The notes beneath the pieces are model-generated. The model had not been told where the DNA came from, made no database searches, and saw nothing but the letters and a program-made list of their open reading frames with translations. This document shows positions 9,814 to 18,472 of a stretch of 64,000 bases of DNA, one piece after another. The position numbers and the translations under genes are program-made. The DNA lies in NCBI GenBank assembly GCA_963745075.1, contig CAVUWV010000010.1:239544-303543 (forward strand). The letters run 5' to 3'. The DNA comes from Candidatus Hydrogenedentota bacterium (GTDB lineage Bacteria; Hydrogenedentota; Hydrogenedentia; Hydrogenedentales; SLHB01). Position 1 is the first letter of the stretch; each line of letters begins with the position of its first letter.

Positions 9814-9977
9814 AAGAAGGTATCCCCACCCTTCAAAGGGGGAGTATTCCCCGGCTTGGTCAGTCAATAATATGTATTGCGCGTGGACCGCAGTTCGGAC
9901 CCTTGCTACCGCTGATACGCAACGCAAAGCGTTGCGATAAATTCCCCCTTTGAAGGGGGATCAAGGGGGATGTTCTT
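9814..9977. mobile_element. MITE-like element, family A, copy 3 (left end carries a ~10-bp deletion)
   Basis: The right end TCCCCCTTTGAAGGGGGATCAAGGGGGATGTTCTT is intact; the left end is AAGAAGGTATCCCCACCCTTCAAAGGGGGA. Internal hairpin CGCAACGCaaaGCGTTGCG. Confidence 0.75.
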
Positions 9978-10083
9978 TTTTTATTCAGCCGAATTCCCCC
10001 ATTGACGGTGGCTTTCAATCGGCCTACCATAAAGCCAAAATCGCCGACACCGTCAATGTGCTCGGGCGGGGGGGAGACGTACC

Positions 10084-10470
10084 ATGAACGCGAAGAACCT
10101 GCTAGTGCTCGCCACGACGTTGGCCATCGGCGCGGCGTTGTTCAACGGTTGCCCGCCGGTCGAACCGCCACACGTGGTCCTCGGCACCTGGGACTACATC
10201 GAAGATGCCCTCAGCGGCTACATCCGTTGGGACATCAAAGCCAACGGTACCATCGAACAGACCGATCTCGGACACGGCATCCTCGCCGGCGACCTGACGT
10301 GGGTCTTCACGGAACCCAATGAAATCCGTATCACCCAGGACAACGGTCCCGACCAATGGATTCTCGAAGGGATCCTCTATTCCGACGACACCATGTCCGG
10401 CACCTGGGAACAAATCGCGGGCGCCGACACCGGCACCCACGGCACTTGGACCGCGAATCGGTTTCCGTGA
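10084..10470 (+). CDS. small lipoprotein, unknown function
   Basis: 128 aa with signal plus lipobox ...AALFNGC. The composition is coherent. Confidence 0.6.
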   Translation: MNAKNLLVLATTLAIGAALFNGCPPVEPPHVVLGTWDYIEDALSGYIRWDIKANGTIEQTDLGHGILAGDLTWVFTEPNEIRITQDNGPDQWILEGILYSDDTMSGTWEQIAGADTGTHGTWTANRFP

Positions 10471-10570
10471 TCCCCGGCACTCGTCCAATCCGATAGATAG
10501 TCCTCGCGAACCCGGGACGGGGCATGGGGTCTAAACTGTAGTGGAAGCCGGATTAGAGGAGGTCTGCCCA

Positions 10571-12961
10571 ATGATGCGCAAGGCTGGCGTCTGCCTGTTC
10601 GCCTTTTTTTCATCCGCTTTCTTCGCCACGACGGCGCACGCGATGAGCATCCGCGCCATACCGCTTGCGGAGATCACGGAACAAACGGACCTTTGGGTCC
10701 GTGGCAATGTCCTTTCGGTGAAATCGAAGCCATTGAAGGAAGATGAACGGTATCGTTTCGGTCATCAGGGGACCGTCGAAGTCACCGTTGTTATCGAAAT
10801 CACAAGCGCAACACGGATCCTGGATACACCGGCTATCACGGTTCATTGGGCTTCGAGCGACGAGTTCCTGCAACGGGTAACGAAGGGCGAGGAGTGCATT
10901 GCCGCACTGAGCCGACAAGATGACGGCACATACAAGAGCCTTTGGGCCTTGGGGGTCTACGGTTGGTTCCAAACAGAACCTGAAACCGGCCGGATTCCCT
11001 ACGTGTGGGAAATCGGCCGAAACGTTTCGCCCGGTTTGCTCTGGGACCTGGTTAGCGCGCTGGAGATGGGTCAATATTCACTAAAAGGCCCAAGCGCTCT
11101 TCTTATCGATGCTTGGCAACGCCGGCTGAGTGACGGCCAGCGTCAAGACTTCATTGCCTCCATGCTGTTCTTCGATGCATTTCCGGGCGCCCCATTATCC
11201 CCGGCCGAATTGATCGCGGCCTTTGAACGCCAATACGCGATCAACGGGTCCCTACCGCGCAGTGAGGAACGCAGCATACAGCGGGCGATGCCGGTACTGT
11301 TCTCGTTGTTTCAACGCGTGGGCGACGAATCGTCGTTGAAATGGCTCATCGCGATCTTTGTCCAGGATTTCAGCGCGAGGGAAAGCGTTTTCGACGATCG
11401 CGAGATTGCGAAAGGTCTCGTTCAAACCATTATGGCGAAAGGGGGAGCCCAACGGATTGATTTGGTCCACAGTCTGATCGGGAAGGAATTCGTGTGGGCT
11501 ACAGAACGAGGAAACGTTCAGGCCCGAAGGACGCCGATACGTGCGGACTACGATGTGCTTGAGGCTATTGCTGCGTTTCCTGGTGACGACGTCGACGGGA
11601 TGCTTCTGGACATGCTCCATCATCCAGGGAAGTACCAGATCCGCGACTCGCTGTCGCTCGCCAGCGTTTGGAACGGTTTGGCGAACCGCGGGAATCCTGA
11701 GATCGAAACCTACCTCAACGAGTTTCTTGCGAATCCCGGCACCTTTGACATCGGTGTGCGGCACTACGGTTCGGTCGATAACGCTATTGTCTATGCGCGA
11801 GAGGCCCTGCAAGCTTACGCCCGCAACTTGCCTCGAAATCAGCGACTTCAGCAATTGCAGCGGCAATACCAGCAAGGCGACCTGGGTGCGCTGGCTCAAC
11901 TGCTCCGTGAGGTGAAGCCGGGCGACACCACGATGATTCCTGCATTGGCATCGGTTCCGGTTGACGATTTGCTCGACGAACAGCATGCCCTCGGCAATAC
12001 CTTTTCCATCGTTGTCGCGGACAGGCTGCCCGATCCCGCGTTTCTGTCGCAGTTGCGAGCGCTCTCCGAGCGCGCGGAACGCAGCGGCCGGATTCAGATC
12101 GCCTTGGTACTCGCAGCCCTTCACGCTTGCGGCGACAAGGAACTGGCCCGCGCCAATGCCGTAGCGCTTTTGCACGAACCGGCGCCGGACCGGGATTGGC
12201 GTGCCGTCTATGACAAAATCAACGAGAAGACCGGGCTGGTCGCGTTTCTCGGCACCATCGGAGACCCGGCGCTGGTCGGCGAGATCGACCCGTACACCCG
12301 GCCGGACGTGCTGGATGACTGTCGAACCAAATTGACGTCGGCTGCGATCGGCGAAAGCAAAGAACCTCACGATTTCGCCGTGCGCACGCTGTGCAAGTCG
12401 GCCGTGATCGCCCTGGCCCGAACCGGCGGGGACGAAGCCGTTGCTCGCCTGCACGCGATTTACGAAACGGGAGACATCGCCGCACGGATCGCCGCCGCTA
12501 TGGGGCTGTACGCGCTCGGCGACGATACGGGCAAGGAACTCGTTGACTTGTTCGTCAATCATCAAGAGCTTACGAATACAGAGATCGCGGCCCGGTGGCG
12601 GATCGACTTGTTCGGTGATTTCCATCACGCCGCAAAGTATCTCGAAAACCCGCGGACCGATGCGGTTTTGCTGGAGCGGTTGCAGCGAGGGTTCGGCGAC
12701 AGCGATCGCGATTTGACGGGCTACACCAAATTCCTCGATGCGCACGCGGCAACCTTGCTCCCCATCTTCGTCGAAAACCTGTCCAACGATAACAGCGGGC
12801 TCCGCCGTGACGCGCTATACCTCGTCTCCCACTACCTCGGCGGCGACCTCAACTACGACCCCGGCAAATCGCCGCAACAACAAGCCGACGTAGTTGACCA
12901 AATCCGCGAACGAGTTAACGCATATTTGGCAAAACTCAAGGAACGAGACGGAACGGCTTAA
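10571..12961 (+). CDS. large secreted alpha-helical (HEAT/ARM-like repeat) protein, unknown function
   Basis: ~796-aa ORF with signal peptide MMRKAGVCLFAFFSSAFFATTAHA. Leu/Ala-rich helical repeats, with HEAT-like segments near the C-terminus. Confidence 0.65.
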   Translation: MMRKAGVCLFAFFSSAFFATTAHAMSIRAIPLAEITEQTDLWVRGNVLSVKSKPLKEDERYRFGHQGTVEVTVVIEITSATRILDTPAITVHWASSDEFLQRVTKGEECIAALSRQDDGTYKSLWALGVYGWFQTEPETGRIPYVWEIGRNVSPGLLWDLVSALEMGQYSLKGPSALLIDAWQRRLSDGQRQDFIASMLFFDAFPGAPLSPAELIAAFERQYAINGSLPRSEERSIQRAMPVLFSLFQRVGDESSLKWLIAIFVQDFSARESVFDDREIAKGLVQTIMAKGGAQRIDLVHSLIGKEFVWATERGNVQARRTPIRADYDVLEAIAAFPGDDVDGMLLDMLHHPGKYQIRDSLSLASVWNGLANRGNPEIETYLNEFLANPGTFDIGVRHYGSVDNAIVYAREALQAYARNLPRNQRLQQLQRQYQQGDLGALAQLLREVKPGDTTMIPALASVPVDDLLDEQHALGNTFSIVVADRLPDPAFLSQLRALSERAERSGRIQIALVLAALHACGDKELARANAVALLHEPAPDRDWRAVYDKINEKTGLVAFLGTIGDPALVGEIDPYTRPDVLDDCRTKLTSAAIGESKEPHDFAVRTLCKSAVIALARTGGDEAVARLHAIYETGDIAARIAAAMGLYALGDDTGKELVDLFVNHQELTNTEIAARWRIDLFGDFHHAAKYLENPRTDAVLLERLQRGFGDSDRDLTGYTKFLDAHAATLLPIFVENLSNDNSGLRRDALYLVSHYLGGDLNYDPGKSPQQQADVVDQIRERVNAYLAKLKERDGTA

Positions 12962-12963
12962 GT

Positions 12964-13011
12964 GGTGCGCCCCGCGCCCACGGCACTTGGACCGCCAACC
13001 GGTTCCCGTAA
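12964..13011 (+). pseudogene. orphan 3' remnant of a paralogue of the 10084-10470 lipoprotein gene
   Basis: Encodes GAPRAHGTWTANRFP-stop, compared with GADTGTHGTWTANRFP-stop at 10423-10470. Over the last 33 nt all 4 differences are synonymous or change only the stop codon. Confidence 0.55.
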
Positions 13012-13034
13012 GGGTCGTGGTGCGATCGTAACCT

Positions 13035-13205
13035 GAACCCTTTGGAGTGCGGCCCCTTGGGGTTGCTTTTCGTCAACTCTGGTGGTTATCCCGATGCGGT
13101 TCAGGAGCGACACCTGTTTCCTGAACTGGCGGCAGAATTCTCGTGTGGCCGCAAGCAAGCTTGCTTCGTGAAAGCAGCCCCAAGGGGCCGCACTCCATAG
13201 GGTTC
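13035..13205. mobile_element. MITE-like element, family B, copy 1 (171 bp)
   Basis: Inverted ends are GAACCCTTTGGAGTGCGGCCCCTTGGGGTTGCTTT and AAAGCAGCCCCAAGGGGCCGCACTCCATAGGGTTC. Internal palindrome GCAAGCAAGCTTGCTTCG. Confidence 0.75.
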
Positions 13206-13248
13206 CACTCTCGTCGGCTTGGCCCTTTCTCAATCCGCAATCCGAAAT

Positions 13249-13578
13249 GGTACACCCCCCCTCTGTTTTGTTTTTGACGAGACAAGGGGGTGTACATGGG
13301 GTGGGGGCGCGTTGGGTATAGTTTGTCATGGGAGGCGATCTCCTCATAAATATAGAACGGGTCGAGGGTTGCACGGCAACATAGCGGGAGGCTGGAGTCC
13401 TTGAACTGGAGGAATTGGGGGGTGCATCTCCTTTTGTTTTTTGACGGTTCAAGGGGGGGTGTACCGGGGGTGTTCGCGAGGATGGGGTTCCCGCGATTGC
13501 GAGGGTATGAGGCGCGTCGGGTGTAGTTTGTCACGGGCGGAGATCTCCTTATAGATATTGTCCGGGGCGTTGCACTGG
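13249..13578. repeat. two-copy tandem repeat (~115 and ~145 nt units) in a convergent intergenic region
   Basis: Unit 1 is ~13262-13376 and unit 2 is ~13432-13578. Shared blocks are TTTTGTTTTTGACG..CAAGGGGGTGTAC and GGCGCGTYGGGTRTAGTTTGTCAYGGG.GGMGATCTCCT.ATA.ATAT...GTTGCAC. Unit 2 carries a ~38-nt insertion. Confidence 0.65.
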
Positions 13579-13727
13579 GATTAGGCTGGGAACCGGAGGC
13601 CGGCGTTCGGAATATGAACCGCGAAGTCGCGAAGTTCGCGAAGGAAGGACGAAAGCCCACGCGCATAGAAAACTTCGCGGCCTTCGCGCCATCGCGGTGA
13701 AATTTCTTTCAATTCGCAATTCTTCCC

Positions 13728-14135
13728 TCAAGCCTCTGACAACTCCGGGTCGTCGAGGTCGGTCTGGACCCAGCGGTCGGAGAGGTGGATGTCGGTGGTC
13801 TCGAGCCGGCCGGGGCCGAGGTTGTGGAACTTGTGCGGTATGTTGGCCGGCCCGAGGAGGATGTCGCCGGCCTTTGCCTCGATCTTCTGGTCCCCGATGG
13901 TGAACAGGGCCCGCCCCTGCCGGATGACGAAGATCTCGTCGTAGGTGTGCACGTGCCAGCGGGGTCCCACGCCGATGTCGTCCGTGGAGTAGAACAGGAC
14001 CGTCACGTTCGTTCCCAGGTCCTTCCCCTCGAAATACCCAAACCCGCTCTCGGTGCGCGCGGCGCTCTCCGGGCGGTGCAGCATGGCGGGCTTTCTTCCC
14101 TCCAGATTCTGATTCAAAACCTTGTGCTCCTTCAT
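13728..14135 (-). CDS. cupin-domain protein
   Basis: 135 aa. The blocks GVGPRWHVHTYDEIFVIRQG and GDILLGPANIPHKFHNLG fit the two cupin motifs. Confidence 0.8.
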   Translation of the reverse strand: MKEHKVLNQNLEGRKPAMLHRPESAARTESGFGYFEGKDLGTNVTVLFYSTDDIGVGPRWHVHTYDEIFVIRQGRALFTIGDQKIEAKAGDILLGPANIPHKFHNLGPGRLETTDIHLSDRWVQTDLDDPELSEA

Positions 14136-14334
14136 GGTTGCGCGCGATTTGCCCGAAGAAATCGTTGCCCTTCGATGTCATCCAAGGGTAAACGGAGGAA
14201 AGGTGTGTAGAATTCCGTCGCAGGGTTCTTTTTTTGCGCACGTTACTCGCGGGGCACCTTCGAGGCGTGCGGTGCGTTTGACGTAGTACGTCGTCCAGAC
14301 CATACTGCTCGTGGAACAACAGGGGGGACTCTCG

Positions 14335-15588
14335 ATGGTCACATGGATCAGGATGCTGTGTCCTTTGGCCTTCGTGGTTTTGGTAGGTGAAGCGCCATCC
14401 CCTCCGGCCTTGGAGACTGTATCCGCACATTGCCTGACCATGGACAAAAAGGTGATCCCCCTCTACTGGCAGTGCGGCCAACTCTGGACTACGAACGTCA
14501 AGATGCCGGACCTCGTGCTGACGAACTCGGGGCCGAATCCGGTCACACCTGTCGAGGTAGAGATTGTCGGGTTGGCCGAGGGCCGGCAAGTGGCGACGCA
14601 AAGTATCGCGGACGATCTCGAAGACGTTGTACGACAAACAAACGCGCAATTCGTCGACATCCTCGGGAAGGACACGCTCGACGACGTGACGAATCCCCGT
14701 TTGGCAACCGGTTTCGGCACGATGACGTTCGGCGGCACGAAGCTTAGCAGCGACGCCTCCATCCGCACCGGCGAAAGCGCTGTGCTCCTGCTCTCGCGCT
14801 GCCTGTTCTTCACCTACACAGGGCTGACCAAAGTCGAGGCGCTTCAGATCACGGTGACCGTCCAGGATGGAGCGGAACTGAAGACCGTTGCGTGCCCGAT
14901 CGACTTTACGCCGTATGAGACGAAGGGCGACTATGCGTTCCCGCTGAAAGGCGACCTTTGTGTGAACAATCTCCCAATGAATCTGACGCAACATCGGGTG
15001 GCCCTGTCCCAGGAATTCGCCTTCGACGTGATGGCCGCAGGGCCCATCGAGGATGGGCATGGTCCGTTCCTCCGCGGCCCGAATGCGCAGAAGCTTTCCG
15101 ACTACCCGATCTACCACCGTGACGTCTTGGCCGCCGGGGATGGTGTTGTGGTGGAAATCGGCACGAAATTCCCCGAATCGCTCGTGAGTAACCCGGCGGA
15201 GTTTTCGGAAGAACGGTTCCGGGACTTGGGAACGGATCTTATCGAGCAGATCGGGTATGTAAACTACCTTGCCGGTAACTACGTCATCATCGATCATGAG
15301 AATGGCGAATTCAGCTTCTACGGCCATTTGAGCGAAGACACCATCCGGGTGAAGCCGGGCGACCGCGTATCGAAGGGCGACGCGATCGCCGCCGTGGGCA
15401 ACACCGGCCATTCCAGCGAACCCCACCTCCATTTCCAACTTATGGACGCCAAGGATTTCCTCACGGCAAACGGATTGCCGGTCATGTTCACCGACGTGCC
15501 CGCATCAGCCATCAACCAGAACTGCACGGCCTCCAACGCCCTCATCGGGACCGACTATGTGATCCTACGGATTGGATCTGAAGAGTAG
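14335..15588 (+). CDS. peptidase M23 (LytM-type) family protein
   Basis: C-terminal IIDHENGEFSFYGHLS...GDAIAAVGNTGHSSEPHLHFQLMD. N-terminal signal-like MVTWIRMLCPLAFVVLVG. RBS AGGGGGGA lies upstream of the 14335 ATG. Confidence 0.85.
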   Translation: MVTWIRMLCPLAFVVLVGEAPSPPALETVSAHCLTMDKKVIPLYWQCGQLWTTNVKMPDLVLTNSGPNPVTPVEVEIVGLAEGRQVATQSIADDLEDVVRQTNAQFVDILGKDTLDDVTNPRLATGFGTMTFGGTKLSSDASIRTGESAVLLLSRCLFFTYTGLTKVEALQITVTVQDGAELKTVACPIDFTPYETKGDYAFPLKGDLCVNNLPMNLTQHRVALSQEFAFDVMAAGPIEDGHGPFLRGPNAQKLSDYPIYHRDVLAAGDGVVVEIGTKFPESLVSNPAEFSEERFRDLGTDLIEQIGYVNYLAGNYVIIDHENGEFSFYGHLSEDTIRVKPGDRVSKGDAIAAVGNTGHSSEPHLHFQLMDAKDFLTANGLPVMFTDVPASAINQNCTASNALIGTDYVILRIGSEE

Positions 15589-15589
15589 C

Positions 15590-15771
15590 TGTCCACCGAT
15601 TGCACCGATTTTCACCGATGAAGAGAAGAGATACCAGTTGTCCGCAGATGTCGCAGATGAAAGGTCTCAAGATTCATTGAATCTGTGTTTATCGGTGTCC
15701 TTCTGTGGTTCTGAAGGCTGTCGTCCCGTTCGTGGCAAACCACGGATACACACCGATGAACACGGATAAAG
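15590..15771. repeat. REP-like cluster, family E (CACCGAT direct triplet plus imperfect ~31-nt inverted repeat)
   Basis: CACCGAT occurs x3 at 15594-15620. GAATCTGTGTTTATCGGTGTCCTTCTGTGGTT (15679-15710) pairs with AACCACGGATACACACCGATGAACACGGATAAAG (15738-15771), ~24/31 complementary. Confidence 0.55.
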
Positions 15772-16113
15772 AATCGCGTTCCTCGCATCCTTTCATTGGG
15801 CAGTCGGCAATACCCTTCTGGACCCCGATCTCCAGTATCCGATGTCAGGACTGAAAGTCCGCCGCAACCCTAGCTCAGGGTGCAGCGAAGCGGAACCCTG
15901 GGAACGGGAACATCTCAATCCCAAGCGCTGAAAGTGCGAAACATCTGGGCATTGCCATGTTCTATATTGAAACGCGTATGCGTCGCATTACCGATCAAGC
16001 TCCTCGTACCCTCACTTAGCTCAACTTCCAGTAATCACAAAGCCTATGTTGGAAGTGGTTTTAATGGAATGGCTTACCCTCGGACGTCCGAGGTGTGCTT
16101 TTGAGAACTTCCT

Positions 16114-16129
16114 TGGCATACCCCTTGCT
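16114..16129 (+). promoter_or_regulatory. candidate sigma54 (-24/-12) promoter upstream of dnaK
   Basis: TGGCATACCCCTTGCT matches TGGCAC-N5-TTGCW, with GG and GC at canonical spacing. It lies ~110 nt upstream of the dnaK ATG. A 7-bp hairpin ACGGGCG/CGCCCGT follows at ~16141-16162. Confidence 0.35.
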
Positions 16130-16238
16130 CATCCCTTACCGACGGGCGTGGACCGCCCGTGAAGTTTGACGAAATAATCCTGTCCGGTGCGGGGCCGATT
16201 GGTTCTGGCGGCCGGGCTGGGAAGGAGGTTTGGTTGAT

Positions 16239-18158
16239 ATGAGTAAGGTAATTGGAATTGACCTGGGCACGACGAACTCGTGTGTGGCGGTCATGGAAGG
16301 CGGCGAACCGGAGGTGGTTGCGAACACGGAAGGCAACCGGACGACGCCGTCGGTGGTGGCGTTCACGAAGGACGGGGAACGGCTGGTCGGGGCCGCGGCG
16401 AAGCGGCAGGCCATCACGAACCCGAACAACACGGTGTTCTCCATCAAGCGGTTTATGGGCCGTCGCCACGGTGAGGTGTCGGAGGAAGAGAAGCTGGTGC
16501 CGTACAAGGTCACCGGCGAGAAGAGCGGCGACTGCCAGATCGAGGTGCAGGGCAAGACGCACCGTCCGCCGGAGGTTTCCGCGATGATCCTGCAGAAGAT
16601 GAAGGAGACGGCGGAGTCGTATCTCGGCGAGAAGGTGACGCAGGCGGTCATCACGGTGCCGGCGTATTTCAATGACTCGCAGCGCCAGGCGACGAAGGAC
16701 GCGGGCAAGATCGCGGGGCTGGAAGTGCTCCGGATCATCAACGAGCCTACGGCGGCCGCGCTGGCCTACGGGTTGGACAAGAAGAAGAATGAGAAGATCG
16801 CGGTGTACGACCTCGGCGGTGGCACCTTCGACATCTCGATTCTGGCCATCGGCGACGACAGTTTTGAAGTGTTGAGCACCAACGGGGACACGCACCTCGG
16901 CGGTGACGATTTCGACCAGCGCATCATCGATTGGCTGGCGGATACGTTCAAGAAAGAGCAGGGCATCGACCTGCGCAACGACGCGATGGCGCTCCAGCGC
17001 TTGAAGGAAGCTGCGGAGAAGGCGAAGTGCGAGTTGTCGAGCAGCATGCAGACCGACGTGAACTTGCCGTTCATCACGGCCGACGCGTCGGGTCCCAAGC
17101 ACCTGAACGTGAACCTCACGCGGGCCAAGCTGGAACAGCTCTGCGAAGACCTGTTGCAGCGGACGAAGAATCCGTGCCTGCGCGCGTTGGAAGACGCGGG
17201 CGTGAAGGCGTCCGACGTTGACGAGGTCATCCTCGTCGGCGGTATGACCCGCATGCCGGCCGTCGGTACCATCGTGAAGGACCTCTTCGGCAAAGAGCCG
17301 CACCGGGGCGTGAACCCGGACGAGGTTGTGGCGATTGGCGCGGCGATCCAGGCGGGCGTGCTGTCCGGCGACGTGAAAGACGTGCTCCTGCTCGACGTGA
17401 CGCCGTTGTCCCTGGGTATCGAAACTCTGGGCGCCGTGACGACGAAGCTCATCGAGCGGAACACGACGATCCCGGTGACGAAGCGGCAGATCTTCTCGAC
17501 CGCTGCGGATAACCAGACGGCGGTAACCATTGTGGTGCTGCAGGGTGAGCGCGAGATGGCGCACGACAACCGTGTGCTGGGACGCTTCAACCTGGAAGGC
17601 ATTCCGCCCGCGCCGCGTGGCTTGCCGCAGATCGAGGTCGCGTTCGACATTGACGCGAACGGCATTGTCCACGTCGCCGCGAAGGATCTCGGCACCGGCA
17701 AGGAACAGAAGATCCGCATCGAATCGTCGAGCGGCCTGTCGGAATCCGACATCGACCGCATGGTGAAAGACGCGGAGTCCCACGCCGAGGAAGACAAGAA
17801 GCGGCGTCACGAGATCGAAGTGCGCAACAACGCGGATGCGTTGCTGTACAGCACCGAGAAGACGCTGAAGGAACACGGCGACAAGGTGAGCGCGGAGGAC
17901 AAGGCGAACATCGAGTCGGCCTTGAACGAGTTGCGTGAAGCCCTCAAGGGCGAGGACGCCAGCCGGATCGAATCGGCTACGGAGAAGGTGACGACGGCGT
18001 CGCACAAGCTGGCGGAGGCCATGTATCAGCAGGCCGGCGCGCAGCAGGCGCAGCCCGGTCCGGAAACGGTAACTGAGCCGCAAGGCGACACCGGCGCATA
18101 CGACGCGGACTTCACGGTCGTCGATGACGAGAAGAAGGGCGACGACAGTGCCGCGTAA
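16239..18158 (+). CDS. dnaK: molecular chaperone DnaK (Hsp70)
   Basis: [37 protein letters not shown], and the C-terminal lid plus acidic tail. RBS GGAAGGAGG. Confidence 0.98.
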   Translation: MSKVIGIDLGTTNSCVAVMEGGEPEVVANTEGNRTTPSVVAFTKDGERLVGAAAKRQAITNPNNTVFSIKRFMGRRHGEVSEEEKLVPYKVTGEKSGDCQIEVQGKTHRPPEVSAMILQKMKETAESYLGEKVTQAVITVPAYFNDSQRQATKDAGKIAGLEVLRIINEPTAAALAYGLDKKKNEKIAVYDLGGGTFDISILAIGDDSFEVLSTNGDTHLGGDDFDQRIIDWLADTFKKEQGIDLRNDAMALQRLKEAAEKAKCELSSSMQTDVNLPFITADASGPKHLNVNLTRAKLEQLCEDLLQRTKNPCLRALEDAGVKASDVDEVILVGGMTRMPAVGTIVKDLFGKEPHRGVNPDEVVAIGAAIQAGVLSGDVKDVLLLDVTPLSLGIETLGAVTTKLIERNTTIPVTKRQIFSTAADNQTAVTIVVLQGEREMAHDNRVLGRFNLEGIPPAPRGLPQIEVAFDIDANGIVHVAAKDLGTGKEQKIRIESSSGLSESDIDRMVKDAESHAEEDKKRRHEIEVRNNADALLYSTEKTLKEHGDKVSAEDKANIESALNELREALKGEDASRIESATEKVTTASHKLAEAMYQQAGAQQAQPGPETVTEPQGDTGAYDADFTVVDDEKKGDDSAA

Positions 18159-18167
18159 ACGATAGAT

Positions 18168-18211
18168 GTCCGCGGTGGGGCCTTGGGATGGCCCCAAGGC
18201 CCCGCGCGGAC
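18168..18211 (+). terminator. GC-rich stem-loop downstream of dnaK (possible terminator/attenuator)
   Basis: GTCCGCGGTGGGGCCTTGGG-atgg-CCCAAGGCCCCGCGCGGAC, a ~18-bp stem with no clear U-tract. Confidence 0.5.
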
Positions 18212-18233
18212 CAACTTCGAACAATTGAAGAGT

Positions 18234-18405
18234 GAAGAACATCCCCCTTGATCCCCCTTCAAAGGGGGAAATGGGACGCGCACTGAAAGTGCGCGAGTTA
18301 GGAGACGCGATTGTACCGAGAGTTCGGTTGGTCATGTCCCGAGACTTAGCGATCCGACGATTCAGAAACTCCCCCTTTGAAGGGGGATCAAGGGGGATGT
18401 TCTTC
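18234..18405. mobile_element. MITE-like element, family A, copy 4 (172 bp), between dnaK and dnaJ
   Basis: Both 36-bp ends are perfect (GAAGAACATCCCCCTTGATCCCCCTTCAAAGGGGGA / reverse complement). Internal hairpin GCGCACTgaaaGTGCGC. Confidence 0.85.
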
Positions 18406-18472
18406 AAGGTAATGGAGTCCGTGTAAATTTCTCCGTTCTCCAGACTACGAAACGAAAGGAAGTGGAATAGGT

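Noticed and set aside
13329-13534. Conserved AGGAG + start + MTNYT(Q/R)RA... Cys/Thr-rich reading in both tandem units, considered as RiPP precursor peptides.
   Set aside because: Both frames stay open for >120 codons through MITE/REP DNA, conservation is at the DNA-repeat level, and no modification enzyme genes are adjacent. It is kept only as a remote alternative within the tandem-repeat finding.
15960-16238. Search for a CIRCE (HrcA) operator or a sigma32-type heat-shock promoter upstream of dnaK.
   Set aside because: There is no TTAGCACTC-N9-GAGTGCTAA-like inverted repeat and no CTTGAA/CCCCAT pair at suitable spacing. Only the sigma54-like match is reported.
16074-18407. Very long antisense ORFs opposite real genes: 16074-18407 (777 aa) opposite dnaK, 13549-15438, 11252-12745, 28623-30002, 40407-41819, 42544-43911, 43833-45233, 49811-51055, 60930-62465, 7452-8756, 36897-38057.
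   Set aside because: All are Arg/Gly/Pro/Ala-rich with no motifs. All overlap genes with unambiguous domain signatures on the other strand. This is the usual high-GC open-frame artefact.
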